Shown in pieces: positions 1 through 8,160 of a DNA stretch of 64,000 nucleotides. The notes beneath the pieces are model-generated. The model was not told where the DNA came from. It searched no databases and worked only from the letters and a program-made list of their open reading frames with translations. Positions within the stretch are counted from its first letter, which is position 1. Each line of letters starts with the position of its first letter. A program made the translations under genes and the position numbers. The stretch is taken from IMG/VR virus record IMGVR_UViG_3300014732_000001, positions 1-64,000 of that record, one strand, 5' to 3'. This DNA is from a virus. Lineage: Duplodnaviria; Caudoviricetes.

Positions 1-223
1 CTTCGTCTACAAACAATACTATAAATGTAGTGTTCCCGACACCATTCCAAAATGCTGCCGTTTCTATATCCCACATGGAGGTTGGGGTTGCTGGTAACAA
101 GTCTTTGTTCTCTTTTGAGAACCTAACAACCACAGGCGTTACTGTACATTCTATTAGGCAATTTGGTTCCACAACATCCGGTTGTAGAATACAAGTTATC
201 GGCTATTAATTCGGAGAATTATT

Positions 224-2521
224 ATGGTACAGAAGATTAGTCCATTCCTTGAGGGGAAATATGGGTGGGAGTATGGGGAAAATGGTTGGAACTCCGGGAT
301 GGATGAGAACCTACTTAAGTTTTCTTTCATGTTTGACCGAAACGTTGACAGCATAGTTAGTACACTCCCCACAGCAGTAGACGGCCAAGCTCACTATAAC
401 ACAACAGATAACCGCCTCTATTTTGCAGTGGGTACAACGTACTACTCTACTCCAGTGCCAAAATGGTTTGTAATCACTGTACGCAATACAGGGGCCATGT
501 GGCAGTTTAATGGCACATCTTTGGTGCAACTTGAGGGAACACAAAATCTCAATACCCGTCTTGACTCTGTTGAACTTACAGTATCGACACTGGGAACTGC
601 GGCTTATGAAGATGTGGAGTTTTTTGCCACGCAATCAGAACTAGATGTTGCCGCAGCACAAGCCAGTTCTTACACAGATAATGTTATTGGTAAGAAGGGT
701 ATTGTCAGTGTAAGAGACTATATTACTACGCCCGTGGATGGAACAACCAGTAACCAAGCGGGGATTGTTGCGGCAGTCGCGTACTGCTACGCCAATGGCT
801 GCGAGCTTCATTGGCCTGCGGGAACTTATGTTTCTACGGGGAGCATCCCAAACTTCCATTCCGTTGCCCATACCGGCAATGGCGTAATTAAACGAGGCGG
901 GTCTACCTTCAAGCTGGCTCAGGGCGCAGACCGTGTTAACGAACTGTTTGTGTCCACAAGCAGCGGATCAGATGACAATGACGGCCTAAGCGCAGACTTT
1001 GCAGTCAAGACTGTCAGTCGAGCCACGGCATTGCTGGCAAGTGAAGCGGTTCTTCCGAGGCTGGCAGACGGCGTTTGGCGGGTGAGAATAGCAGCAGGAA
1101 CCTATGCAGAATCAGCAGTCTTTGATCTTCCAGTTGCGAACAAGAAGTACCTCGAAATCGTTGGCGAAGTCGGAGCGGGTGGTGTCCCTACGGTCGTATT
1201 CGACGGGACTGGATTGACAAGCACCGCAGGACTCTATTTCACAGGCCCCAAGCGAGTGAAGGTGAAAGACGTAAAGGCCATAAATTATCGAGGGAATTCC
1301 GTAGCAAGCGGTCTTGTATTCGCTAATCGTGGAGTGGACGTAGTTTTAACGGAAAACGTCCATACGTATAACAACTTGTGGACGGGTATCAACGCAGACA
1401 ATATCGGCCAGATTTACATCGGAGGCGGGATACATGACGCAAATACGAACTACAACCTTCGGGTTCGTGGGAACGTCGGCATCTCGATTGGCTACCAGGG
1501 GAACCTCCCCGGAAACCGAGTTACGCTGAAGAACGGTACGGTTGGGATTCAGCTTCGGGACTGTTCTGCAGGGCACTTCGACTACGTAGACATTCTCGAC
1601 TGCGATACAGGAGTGTGGGTCACGAACGTGTCTCGAATCACGCTAAACAACTGCTCGCTTACTCGGATCAATGTCGGGGTGGTTGCAGGGCAGAGTTCGA
1701 CGTTTTCGTACGATCCGTCAACTACGTTCACAGACGTACCAACGAAGTACAGGCACGTTGCGGGCGGCTGCAACGATACTGACCCAGCCGGCGAGATGCT
1801 TACCTATGACTCTTTCTTCAATAGATTCGGCGTCGGCGTTTCGCAGTGGACCACAACAAAGCAACCGGCATCCAATGTCGCGCACGCATGGGGCACCAAC
1901 AAGACCGGGACGGCTTCGTTTTCGTATCTTGTCCCTGACGCAACCTCTGCTCAGATGTTGTGGGGAAATGTTACAACCCCGTCCAAGATGTCCATGCTTG
2001 CGGAATTAGGAGCTAACAGATTCCGGTTCACAGCAGATGGCGTTGCCGTGATGTACATCGACGCGACATCAGCCAACTCTGGGCGGGACAATCTTTCCTC
2101 ACTTGGCACTGCCAGCGCTCGCTGGTCAACAGTCTATGCTGGAACAGGCACGATCAACACGTCGGACGAGCGCTCAAAGCAGCAGATCAAGCCGGTAGAC
2201 GATGCCGTATTGCGTGCATGGTCGCGCGTTGAATATGTACAGTACAAGTTCAATGACGCAGTGGAACAGAAGGGCGATGGAGCCCGCTGGCACTTCGGAC
2301 TTATCGCCCAGCGCGTCAAGGAAGCATTCGAGTTAGAGGGTTTGGACGCATTCGATTATGGGCTTTTGTGTTATGACGAGTGGGGTGAGCAGTCGGAGGT
2401 CCTAGATGCGGACGGCGCTGTGACACAGGAGTACCGACCAGCCGGGAATCGCTATGGCATTCGCTACGAAGAGGCGCTTGCTCTTGAATGTGCATACTTG
2501 CGCAGCTTGATGGGTAAGTAG
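224..2521 (+). CDS. Tail spike/fibre with beta-helix domain and C-terminal intramolecular chaperone (Peptidase S74-like)
   Basis: 765 aa; 'VSTSSGSDDNDGLS' beta-helix cap, repetitive beta-helix body, 'GTINTSDERSK...HFGLIAQ...GIRYEE' chaperone signature; directly upstream of lysis genes. Confidence 0.88.
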   Translation: MVQKISPFLEGKYGWEYGENGWNSGMDENLLKFSFMFDRNVDSIVSTLPTAVDGQAHYNTTDNRLYFAVGTTYYSTPVPKWFVITVRNTGAMWQFNGTSLVQLEGTQNLNTRLDSVELTVSTLGTAAYEDVEFFATQSELDVAAAQASSYTDNVIGKKGIVSVRDYITTPVDGTTSNQAGIVAAVAYCYANGCELHWPAGTYVSTGSIPNFHSVAHTGNGVIKRGGSTFKLAQGADRVNELFVSTSSGSDDNDGLSADFAVKTVSRATALLASEAVLPRLADGVWRVRIAAGTYAESAVFDLPVANKKYLEIVGEVGAGGVPTVVFDGTGLTSTAGLYFTGPKRVKVKDVKAINYRGNSVASGLVFANRGVDVVLTENVHTYNNLWTGINADNIGQIYIGGGIHDANTNYNLRVRGNVGISIGYQGNLPGNRVTLKNGTVGIQLRDCSAGHFDYVDILDCDTGVWVTNVSRITLNNCSLTRINVGVVAGQSSTFSYDPSTTFTDVPTKYRHVAGGCNDTDPAGEMLTYDSFFNRFGVGVSQWTTTKQPASNVAHAWGTNKTGTASFSYLVPDATSAQMLWGNVTTPSKMSMLAELGANRFRFTADGVAVMYIDATSANSGRDNLSSLGTASARWSTVYAGTGTINTSDERSKQQIKPVDDAVLRAWSRVEYVQYKFNDAVEQKGDGARWHFGLIAQRVKEAFELEGLDAFDYGLLCYDEWGEQSEVLDADGAVTQEYRPAGNRYGIRYEEALALECAYLRSLMGK

Positions 2522-3166
2522 ATGAATATCTCCGACTTAGCTAAAGCTGTCGGAATTAGTGAAGACTTGGCGGCCCTTTGGTGGTCGCCAATCACTAATG
2601 CTATGCAGCGATATAATATTAACACCCCCCTACGTAAAGCTCATTTTCTTGCTCAGATTGGACATGAATCTAACAGCTTCAAATCTGTAAGTGAGAGCTT
2701 GAATTATAGCGTAGACGGACTTCTTAAAACATTCTCTCGTACCCGTATCTCTGAGATGGATGCTCGTAAATATGGGCGTACTTCTACACAACCAGCACAC
2801 CAACAAGCAATTGCCAACATTGTATACGGTGGTGATTGGGGAGTAAAGAACCTTGGGAATACTCAGCCGGGAGACGGCTGGAAGTTTCGCGGAAGAGGAC
2901 TTCTGCAAGTCACAGGACGTGCTAACTACACTAAGCTGAATCAATCTCTTAACTTCGATCTTGTTAATCGTCCAGAACGTCTTGTAGAAGATAATCTTAT
3001 CTCTGCATTAGCAGCCGCATGGTTCTGGGATAGCAGAGGATTGAATAGCTTTGCTGACAGGGATGATATTCTGACCATTACAAAACGAATTAATGGCGGG
3101 GCCAACGGATTGGAAGACCGTAAGAAGCGTTTGGAACGAGCTAAGAAAGCTTTGGGAGTAGCATAG
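2522..3166 (+). CDS. Endolysin, glycoside hydrolase family 19 (chitinase-like)
   Basis: 'HFLAQIGHES', 'GDGWKFRGRGLLQVTGRANY', 'ITKRINGG.NGLEDR' GH19 motifs. Confidence 0.93.
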   Translation: MNISDLAKAVGISEDLAALWWSPITNAMQRYNINTPLRKAHFLAQIGHESNSFKSVSESLNYSVDGLLKTFSRTRISEMDARKYGRTSTQPAHQQAIANIVYGGDWGVKNLGNTQPGDGWKFRGRGLLQVTGRANYTKLNQSLNFDLVNRPERLVEDNLISALAAAWFWDSRGLNSFADRDDILTITKRINGGANGLEDRKKRLERAKKALGVA

Positions 3167-3433
3167 ATGCAAAAGGTAAAGGAAGTGGTTGTTAGCACAA
3201 CTAAGGACGTAGTGAAGCCAAAGCTTCTCGATAACTGGCGCGAGCTTCTTAAAAGCTACTCATTCATCTTCCATGCTCTGTCTGCGCTTTTGACACTCGT
3301 AGAAATCATCCTCCCGTATATGTTTCTGATTGAACCTATGTTCACTCCAGTAGCCTATGGTGTGACAATGTTTGTATTGAACGTGTTGGGCGGATTGGGA
3401 CGACTTATCAAACAACGCAATATTCCAGATTAA
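3167..3433 (+). CDS. Putative holin (2 TM segments)
   Basis: Two hydrophobic stretches, basic C-terminus, follows endolysin. Confidence 0.6.
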   Translation: MQKVKEVVVSTTKDVVKPKLLDNWRELLKSYSFIFHALSALLTLVEIILPYMFLIEPMFTPVAYGVTMFVLNVLGGLGRLIKQRNIPD

Positions 3434-3443
3434 GGAGAACAAC

Positions 3444-3848
3444 ATGCTATCAAAACCACTGATGCTTGTAGTGGCTGTTCTCTTTAGCTTGGTGTGCTTG
3501 TTTGGTTATCTATCCTATTCATTTTATAGCGACAAAGCAAAGCTTAAAGCTGATGTGGATCGTTTAGCGAAAGCTAACGCATCGCTTGTTTCTGATGTAG
3601 AAAAGGCTACTAAATCCTGTCTTATCGTTGATGAAATCAATAGAAAGCACAACGAAGAACAGAAAGCCTTGGATGAGAAGAAAGAAGGGATTGTAAAGCA
3701 GATAGATAGCATCCCAAAGAAATCTAATCCAACTACTAAGGAATCCTCGGATGTTGAAGAAACTAACGTTGTGGACATTGATGGTGTGTTGCCTCTTGAT
3801 CTTCAGCGGATGCTCAACGAAGCCCACCGAAGTGCAGTACAGAGATAG
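3444..3848 (+). CDS. Inner-membrane spanin (Rz-like)
   Basis: N-terminal TM anchor plus coiled coil; overlapped by a lipoprotein gene. Confidence 0.75.
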   Translation: MLSKPLMLVVAVLFSLVCLFGYLSYSFYSDKAKLKADVDRLAKANASLVSDVEKATKSCLIVDEINRKHNEEQKALDEKKEGIVKQIDSIPKKSNPTTKESSDVEETNVVDIDGVLPLDLQRMLNEAHRSAVQR

Positions 3849-4041
3849 AGTGCATACAACGCCAGATAGCCTTCTTATCGACCCGTGTGTAGCTAAAGAA
3901 GCTGGGTGGTCTGTTAGAAGCCTTGCAAAAGGTTATGTAGAAAACACTTCCTGTATTGCTAAATACAAATCCTTGCTTGAGAGACAGAGAGAGCACAAGA
4001 AAAAGATAGCGGAGCTTTATAATGCCGAACACAAACAATGA
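3781..4041 (+). CDS. Outer-membrane spanin lipoprotein (Rz1-like)
   Basis: Start refined to ATG 3781; lipobox 'LLIFSG-C'; overlaps 3' end of i-spanin. Confidence 0.75.
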   Translation: MVCCLLIFSGCSTKPTEVQYRDRVHTTPDSLLIDPCVAKEAGWSVRSLAKGYVENTSCIAKYKSLLERQREHKKKIAELYNAEHKQ

Positions 4042-4354
4042 GCAACAAGCAGCAATCATCGTAGACCGAAGAATTAACACACTTTGGGAGAGGCTTGCAA
4101 TTGCAGCTCTTGGTTTAGTGTTGTCTTTCACTGTCTACAGCTTTAAAGAGCAAGCAACAAGGATTGAAAACCTTGAACAAAAAGTGATTGCAATGGACAA
4201 AATCAAGACGGACCGGGGCGACCTTAAGGAAGTTGAAGAGAGGCTAAGCTCCACTCTACAAGCTCTCAAGTCCGACCTCATTGCACGTCAAGATATTGCA
4301 CAGGCCAACATCCTCTCACGGATTGATATGTATATGCAACAAACCAAAAAATAG
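4022..4354 (+). CDS. Single-TM coiled-coil membrane protein in lysis cassette
   Basis: TM 'LAIAALGLVLSFTVY' followed by heptad-rich helix. Confidence 0.6.
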   Translation: MPNTNNEQQAAIIVDRRINTLWERLAIAALGLVLSFTVYSFKEQATRIENLEQKVIAMDKIKTDRGDLKEVEERLSSTLQALKSDLIARQDIAQANILSRIDMYMQQTKK

Positions 4355-4373
4355 ATTAAAGAGGAATGCCACT

Positions 4374-4763
4374 GTGCTCTGGACAATTCTTCAAAACGCA
4401 GTGAACTGTTTATTTCTGGTTCTCTGTGTTGTAGTGCTGACGATTGTATTGAAGCAGAATGCTTCAGATGTGGCAGCTAATAACGTAGTGGAGCAAATTG
4501 ACCTTGTTCGTGAAGAGAATAGGCGCGTGATTGGAAACAACACCACCTACTTAGAAGGAAGGGTGAACGAGCTTGCTAAAAGTCAGAACGATTATCAAGT
4601 GTCCACTTCAAGGAAGATATCTTTGTTGGAAGATAAAGTTGGAAAGCTTTCAGCGGAGGGTGGTAGACAGAGGCTGATAAATAATAACAACAATAGCCTC
4701 ACCATCAATGGAACTGAGGTTGCTGTTAAGCGTTCTTCTGAAACAGAACGAGATGTGCAATAG
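4374..4763 (+). CDS. Single-TM coiled-coil membrane protein
   Basis: GTG start at 4374 after GAGGA; TM 'LFLVLCVVVLTIVL' then coiled coil. Confidence 0.55.
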   Translation: MLWTILQNAVNCLFLVLCVVVLTIVLKQNASDVAANNVVEQIDLVREENRRVIGNNTTYLEGRVNELAKSQNDYQVSTSRKISLLEDKVGKLSAEGGRQRLINNNNNSLTINGTEVAVKRSSETERDVQ

Positions 4764-4819
4764 CTATCACATCTTTTAGAAACGACTATTAAATTAAAAA
4801 TAAGAATAAATATAACTAT

Positions 4820-4852
4820 GCCCAGAGGACCGTAAGGCTCTCTGGGCTTTTT
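4820..4852 (+). terminator. Intrinsic terminator at the convergence of lysis operon and HNH gene
   Basis: GCCCAGAG...CTCTGGGC stem followed by TTTTT. Confidence 0.85.
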
Positions 4853-4867
4853 GTTGTCTAAAATTTA

Positions 4868-5491
4868 TCACTCTTCAATGATATAGTTTTCATAGCGTTC
4901 AATCAGAGCTTTAGCAACACGAGGGTCTGTCTGCTCAGAAGCAAGAATCTTAGCTTGTTCAAGCTTAAAAGCAAGCCAAGCTTTGTGAGCTTCGAGTTCT
5001 GTGTCGAACAGACCGAGGTGTTTCTTTTTCCCAGAACCGTCGTTGCAGTATGCGTGAAATTTATTGAGAGTCTTATCCAAGCTCGCCCCAATGAGATGCT
5101 GTCCACGGGATGCGGTACTCTCAGTCAGGAACACATTGACTCTTTTTTCTACAAACACACAGGTGTCAGGACTATACACTTTGTTCCCAGGAACAAGAAT
5201 ATCCTTATCAAGCTGCTTCCCTCCCCAATCTTGGTTTTGCATCCACTGTCGAAACTTACTAAAGGTTAGCCACTCTTTACAAACGAAACACCCTTTATAG
5301 GTAGGAAATTTCTCTTGATATTTAACAGAATAGCAACGCTGAATCATCAGCCGCCATCTGGAGTAGAATGGGCAAATCCACACAAACTTCTGTTTTTGTT
5401 TACCATTCTCATATCCGATCGTTTCCTTTATCATCACAATATAATCTGCATCGTTTATCCCGACACCACACACCAATTTCTTTTTCTTCAC
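4868..5491 (-). CDS. HNH-type homing endonuclease
   Basis: 'LVCGVGIND...RCYS...YKGC.VCKEW..FS.F..W...LDKDIL' phage HNH pattern; GTG start 5491 behind AGGAGG overlapping upstream stop. Confidence 0.82.
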   Translation of the reverse strand: MKKKKLVCGVGINDADYIVMIKETIGYENGKQKQKFVWICPFYSRWRLMIQRCYSVKYQEKFPTYKGCFVCKEWLTFSKFRQWMQNQDWGGKQLDKDILVPGNKVYSPDTCVFVEKRVNVFLTESTASRGQHLIGASLDKTLNKFHAYCNDGSGKKKHLGLFDTELEAHKAWLAFKLEQAKILASEQTDPRVAKALIERYENYIIEE

Positions 5492-5501
5492 AACACACCT
5501 C

Positions 5502-6002
5502 CTAAAACGGTAATCCTTCTTCATCGTCCCAACTCGGAGCTGGAATGTAATTCTTTTGTGGGACAGGCTTTTTAGCTACTTTCTTATCAAGTTTAGTAGA
5601 ACCAATTATATTTGTCCTGAAAGATTCCACAATCTTACCCTCTTTATCAAGAATGGCAAGATTTAATTCTCTGTCAAAGATGTAGGAATTACTTCGATGG
5701 TTGAATGACATTTTACCTTTCACCGACAAATAGCCGCAGTCAGCAAGAAGCTTAATAGCTTTGCCGACAGTCTTACGCACGACACAACAAGCAGTTGCTA
5801 TGTCTTCTTGGTTATCAAAATAGCCATTACCTTGTCCTTTGAAGAACTTCCATCTATCAAGCATATAATGAAAGACAAGCTTCTGCACATCAGGGAACTT
5901 CTCATATTCTCCTGTGTTTAGGTTTAGAATGTGTGTCGCTTTGGTGACATTATGGTATGTCGGAAAATAACTGTCAACTGTTGTTTGGTCTGTTTTGTTC
6001 AT
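5502..6002 (-). CDS. RepA_N-like winged-HTH protein, cassette copy 1
   Basis: 'KLVFHYMLDR..FF...QEDIA..C...KTVGKAI' matches the two paralogs at 30878 and 60801; ends WDDEEGLPF. Confidence 0.7.
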   Translation of the reverse strand: MNKTDQTTVDSYFPTYHNVTKATHILNLNTGEYEKFPDVQKLVFHYMLDRWKFFKGQGNGYFDNQEDIATACCVVRKTVGKAIKLLADCGYLSVKGKMSFNHRSNSYIFDRELNLAILDKEGKIVESFRTNIIGSTKLDKKVAKKPVPQKNYIPAPSWDDEEGLPF

Positions 6003-6156
6003 CCGTTTGTTTTCCTTCTTTAAGTGAGGGTATGAAAATAGATTTATGAAGACTGCCGATAATGATATTCAGTGTGTGGGCTGTGCTTGTGTGACCATAG
6101 TATTCCATGATTTCAAGCAACTCCTTGCCAGCACGGTCTGAGATATTAGTTCGCAT
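5974..6156 (-). CDS. Small ribbon-helix-helix-like protein, cassette copy 1
   Basis: 60 aa from ATG 6156 with GGAGG RBS; strand-helix-helix pattern 'MRTNISDRAGKELLEIMEYYGHTSTAHTLNIII'. Confidence 0.55.
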   Translation of the reverse strand: MRTNISDRAGKELLEIMEYYGHTSTAHTLNIIIGSLHKSIFIPSLKEGKQTDEQNRPNNS

Positions 6157-6169
6157 TTTATCCTCCCAA

Positions 6170-6450
6170 TGTAACTTTAATTCCAGCCGGAGTAACCCAA
6201 ATACCCCTACCACTGGGAACCATAGTTACAATAGTAAAAATGATGTTATTAAAAATGATAGAAACAAAAATGAATAAAGGGCATTAAAAGCCTGTTTCTT
6301 TTATCTCATTTTCTTATCCTCCATTGTTCGCTACGCTCACACTTAACTCCGTATTGGTGCTAAGCTTTTAGAGGTCAAAGACCGATATACATTTGTTTGT
6401 GCAAAGCGTAGCTTATATGAAAAATAATGGCAATGGGTAAATGGGTTACA
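6170..6450. repeat. Iteron-like 17-bp imperfect repeats and conserved core, cassette copy 1
   Basis: TGGGAACCATAGTTACA (6214-6230), TGGGTAAATGGGTTACA (6434-6450), inverted copies near 6170-6186 and 6191-6208; core 6351-6394 nearly identical to 60494-60537. Confidence 0.7.
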
Positions 6451-6463
6451 CCGGGGTTGTTAG

Positions 6464-6880
6464 TTAGGTAACCTCTTCTTGAAGGGTCGCTTCAAGACGT
6501 TCAACGGTAGCCTTTAGGTACTCATTCTCTTTCTTCAGACTTGTGTTAGTATCTTGCAGCTTCTTCAGTTGTTCCTTAACACTCAGCAACGTCTCCATTG
6601 GGAGCGCTTCATAATTCTTCAGAACATCATCACTTTCACCAGCAGAGATAATAAGGTCTGGTTTAACTTCATTGTAACCATCACTACCTTTAAACTTAAT
6701 ATGCTTACCCACCGTTAGGATACTCTCAAGTTCAACCTCTGTTGCACCGTAGTAGTCACTCTTGACAGCGACGATGTTGTTCTCCACCATCTTGAGCATA
6801 TCCTGAACATACTCCACGTTGTCGGTAGTCAGGTTGATGATCAGATCAGTAGCACCGTTTGTTTTAATTTGCATCAGCAT
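6464..6880 (-). CDS. Hypothetical protein with C-terminal coiled coil
   Basis: 138 aa ORF, GGAGG RBS. Confidence 0.75.
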   Translation of the reverse strand: MLMQIKTNGATDLIINLTTDNVEYVQDMLKMVENNIVAVKSDYYGATEVELESILTVGKHIKFKGSDGYNEVKPDLIISAGESDDVLKNYEALPMETLLSVKEQLKKLQDTNTSLKKENEYLKATVERLEATLQEEVT

Positions 6881-6982
6881 AATACATCTCCTCCAAGATT
6901 TAATTTAGATGCCGGGCACTACTCCGGCTGAGTGCATTTTACGATCAGTGTTGCTTGAAAGGCAAGCCTTCATTGCATTTTA

Positions 6983-7231
6983 TTACTCTCCCAAATACTC
7001 GCGAAGATTATCAAAGCCGCCAATATACCCCATCTCATTTCCATTCACAACGAAGCATTGAGGGAATGTGCGTGGGCGTGGTAGGCCCATACTGTCTGTC
7101 ACTTCAAACAGTTCATCTACCTCGTAATCTTTGCCGAGCTTTTTGTATTCCAAATCAAAACCTTTCATTGCAAGCAGATGACAGGCTTGGAGGCAAGCAC
7201 TACAACCATCTTTACCATAAACAAGGTACAT
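6983..7231 (-). CDS. Glutaredoxin (RNR reductant)
   Basis: 'YGKDGCSAC' CxxC and 'TFPQCF' cis-Pro motif; downstream of nrdA. Confidence 0.88.
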   Translation of the reverse strand: MYLVYGKDGCSACLQACHLLAMKGFDLEYKKLGKDYEVDELFEVTDSMGLPRPRTFPQCFVVNGNEMGYIGGFDNLREYLGE

Positions 7232-7245
7232 ACTTTCTCCTCTTT

Positions 7246-7268
7246 AAAAGGAGGGGCTTTCGCCCCTC
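7246..7268 (-). terminator. Terminator-like hairpin after nrdA
   Basis: GAGGGGC-GAAA-GCCCCTC then CTTTT on the minus strand. Confidence 0.7.
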
Positions 7269-8160
7269 ATTGACAACTCTCACACTCTGCTTTGTCGTTA
7301 GACGCTTGAACACCAGCTTTGCTGTAGATGTAGTATAGACCAAGAATGTCTTCACTCTCAATAGCATATTGATGTACACGGGCGATAACAGCTTCGTCTT
7401 CTCCGGCAGCAAAGAAGAGGTTTAGTGATTGCCACTGATCCAGAAATTTACCACGGGCTTCTGCTTGTTGCAAGATAGCCATCTGATTAATTTCAAAAGC
7501 AGTTTTAAACACCTCTTTCTCCTCTTGTGTCAACCACGACACACCCTGCACGCTACCCATTGCCTCACGAACTTCAGCAATATTAGCTTTGCTATACACA
7601 CCCTTTTCCTTCATAAGGCGGAGTAGGTGCGGGTTTACACGATCCACCTCGCCACCAGCACTTCGCTGTGTGTACACCATCGCTGTATCTGGGTTGATGC
7701 CTTCACTCACACCACCCATAATCAAAGCCGTGCTCTTAGTTGGTGCTACAGCGAGGAGGTGACTATTAGCCCGTCCATAGCCTTTACACCACTCCGGCTC
7801 ACCCCACTGCTCAGCACTCCAAGCTGTTGCTTTCTCTGCTTCTGCCCGAATGTACCTAAACAGCTCAATGTTTAGCAAGTAAGCTTCGACACTTTCAAAA
7901 GCAATCATCTTCCGCTGGTAAAGCGAGGTGAGTCCACAAACACCAAGGCCCAAAGCACGAGATTTACGGGTAAACTCTACAGCCTTCTCCAAACCATGAA
8001 TATTCTTGGCCCGCTCAATAAACTCTTGAGCCACACAATCCAAGTATACTGTAGCTACAAACACGGCGTCTGTGCCCTTCCACTCATCATAAAGGTCGGC
8101 GTTCATAGAAGCCAGAACACAAGTGTAGGTGTAATCTGGTCCGCTGTGCAAGGTAATTTC
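7267..8160 (-). CDS. nrdA: Ribonucleotide reductase class Ia alpha, exon 2
   Basis: Begins GAA (catalytic Glu of NxCxE) right after intron omega-G; 'RALGLGVCGL', 'LLAVAPTKST', 'GLYY', C-terminal CxxC. Confidence 0.93.
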   Translation of the reverse strand, partial: EITLHSGPDYTYTCVLASMNADLYDEWKGTDAVFVATVYLDCVAQEFIERAKNIHGLEKAVEFTRKSRALGLGVCGLTSLYQRKMIAFESVEAYLLNIELFRYIRAEAEKATAWSAEQWGEPEWCKGYGRANSHLLAVAPTKSTALIMGGVSEGINPDTAMVYTQRSAGGEVDRVNPHLLRLMKEKGVYSKANIAEVREAMGSVQGVSWLTQEEKEVFKTAFEINQMAILQQAEARGKFLDQWQSLNLFFAAGEDEAVIARVHQYAIESEDILGLYYIYSKAGVQASNDKAECESCQ

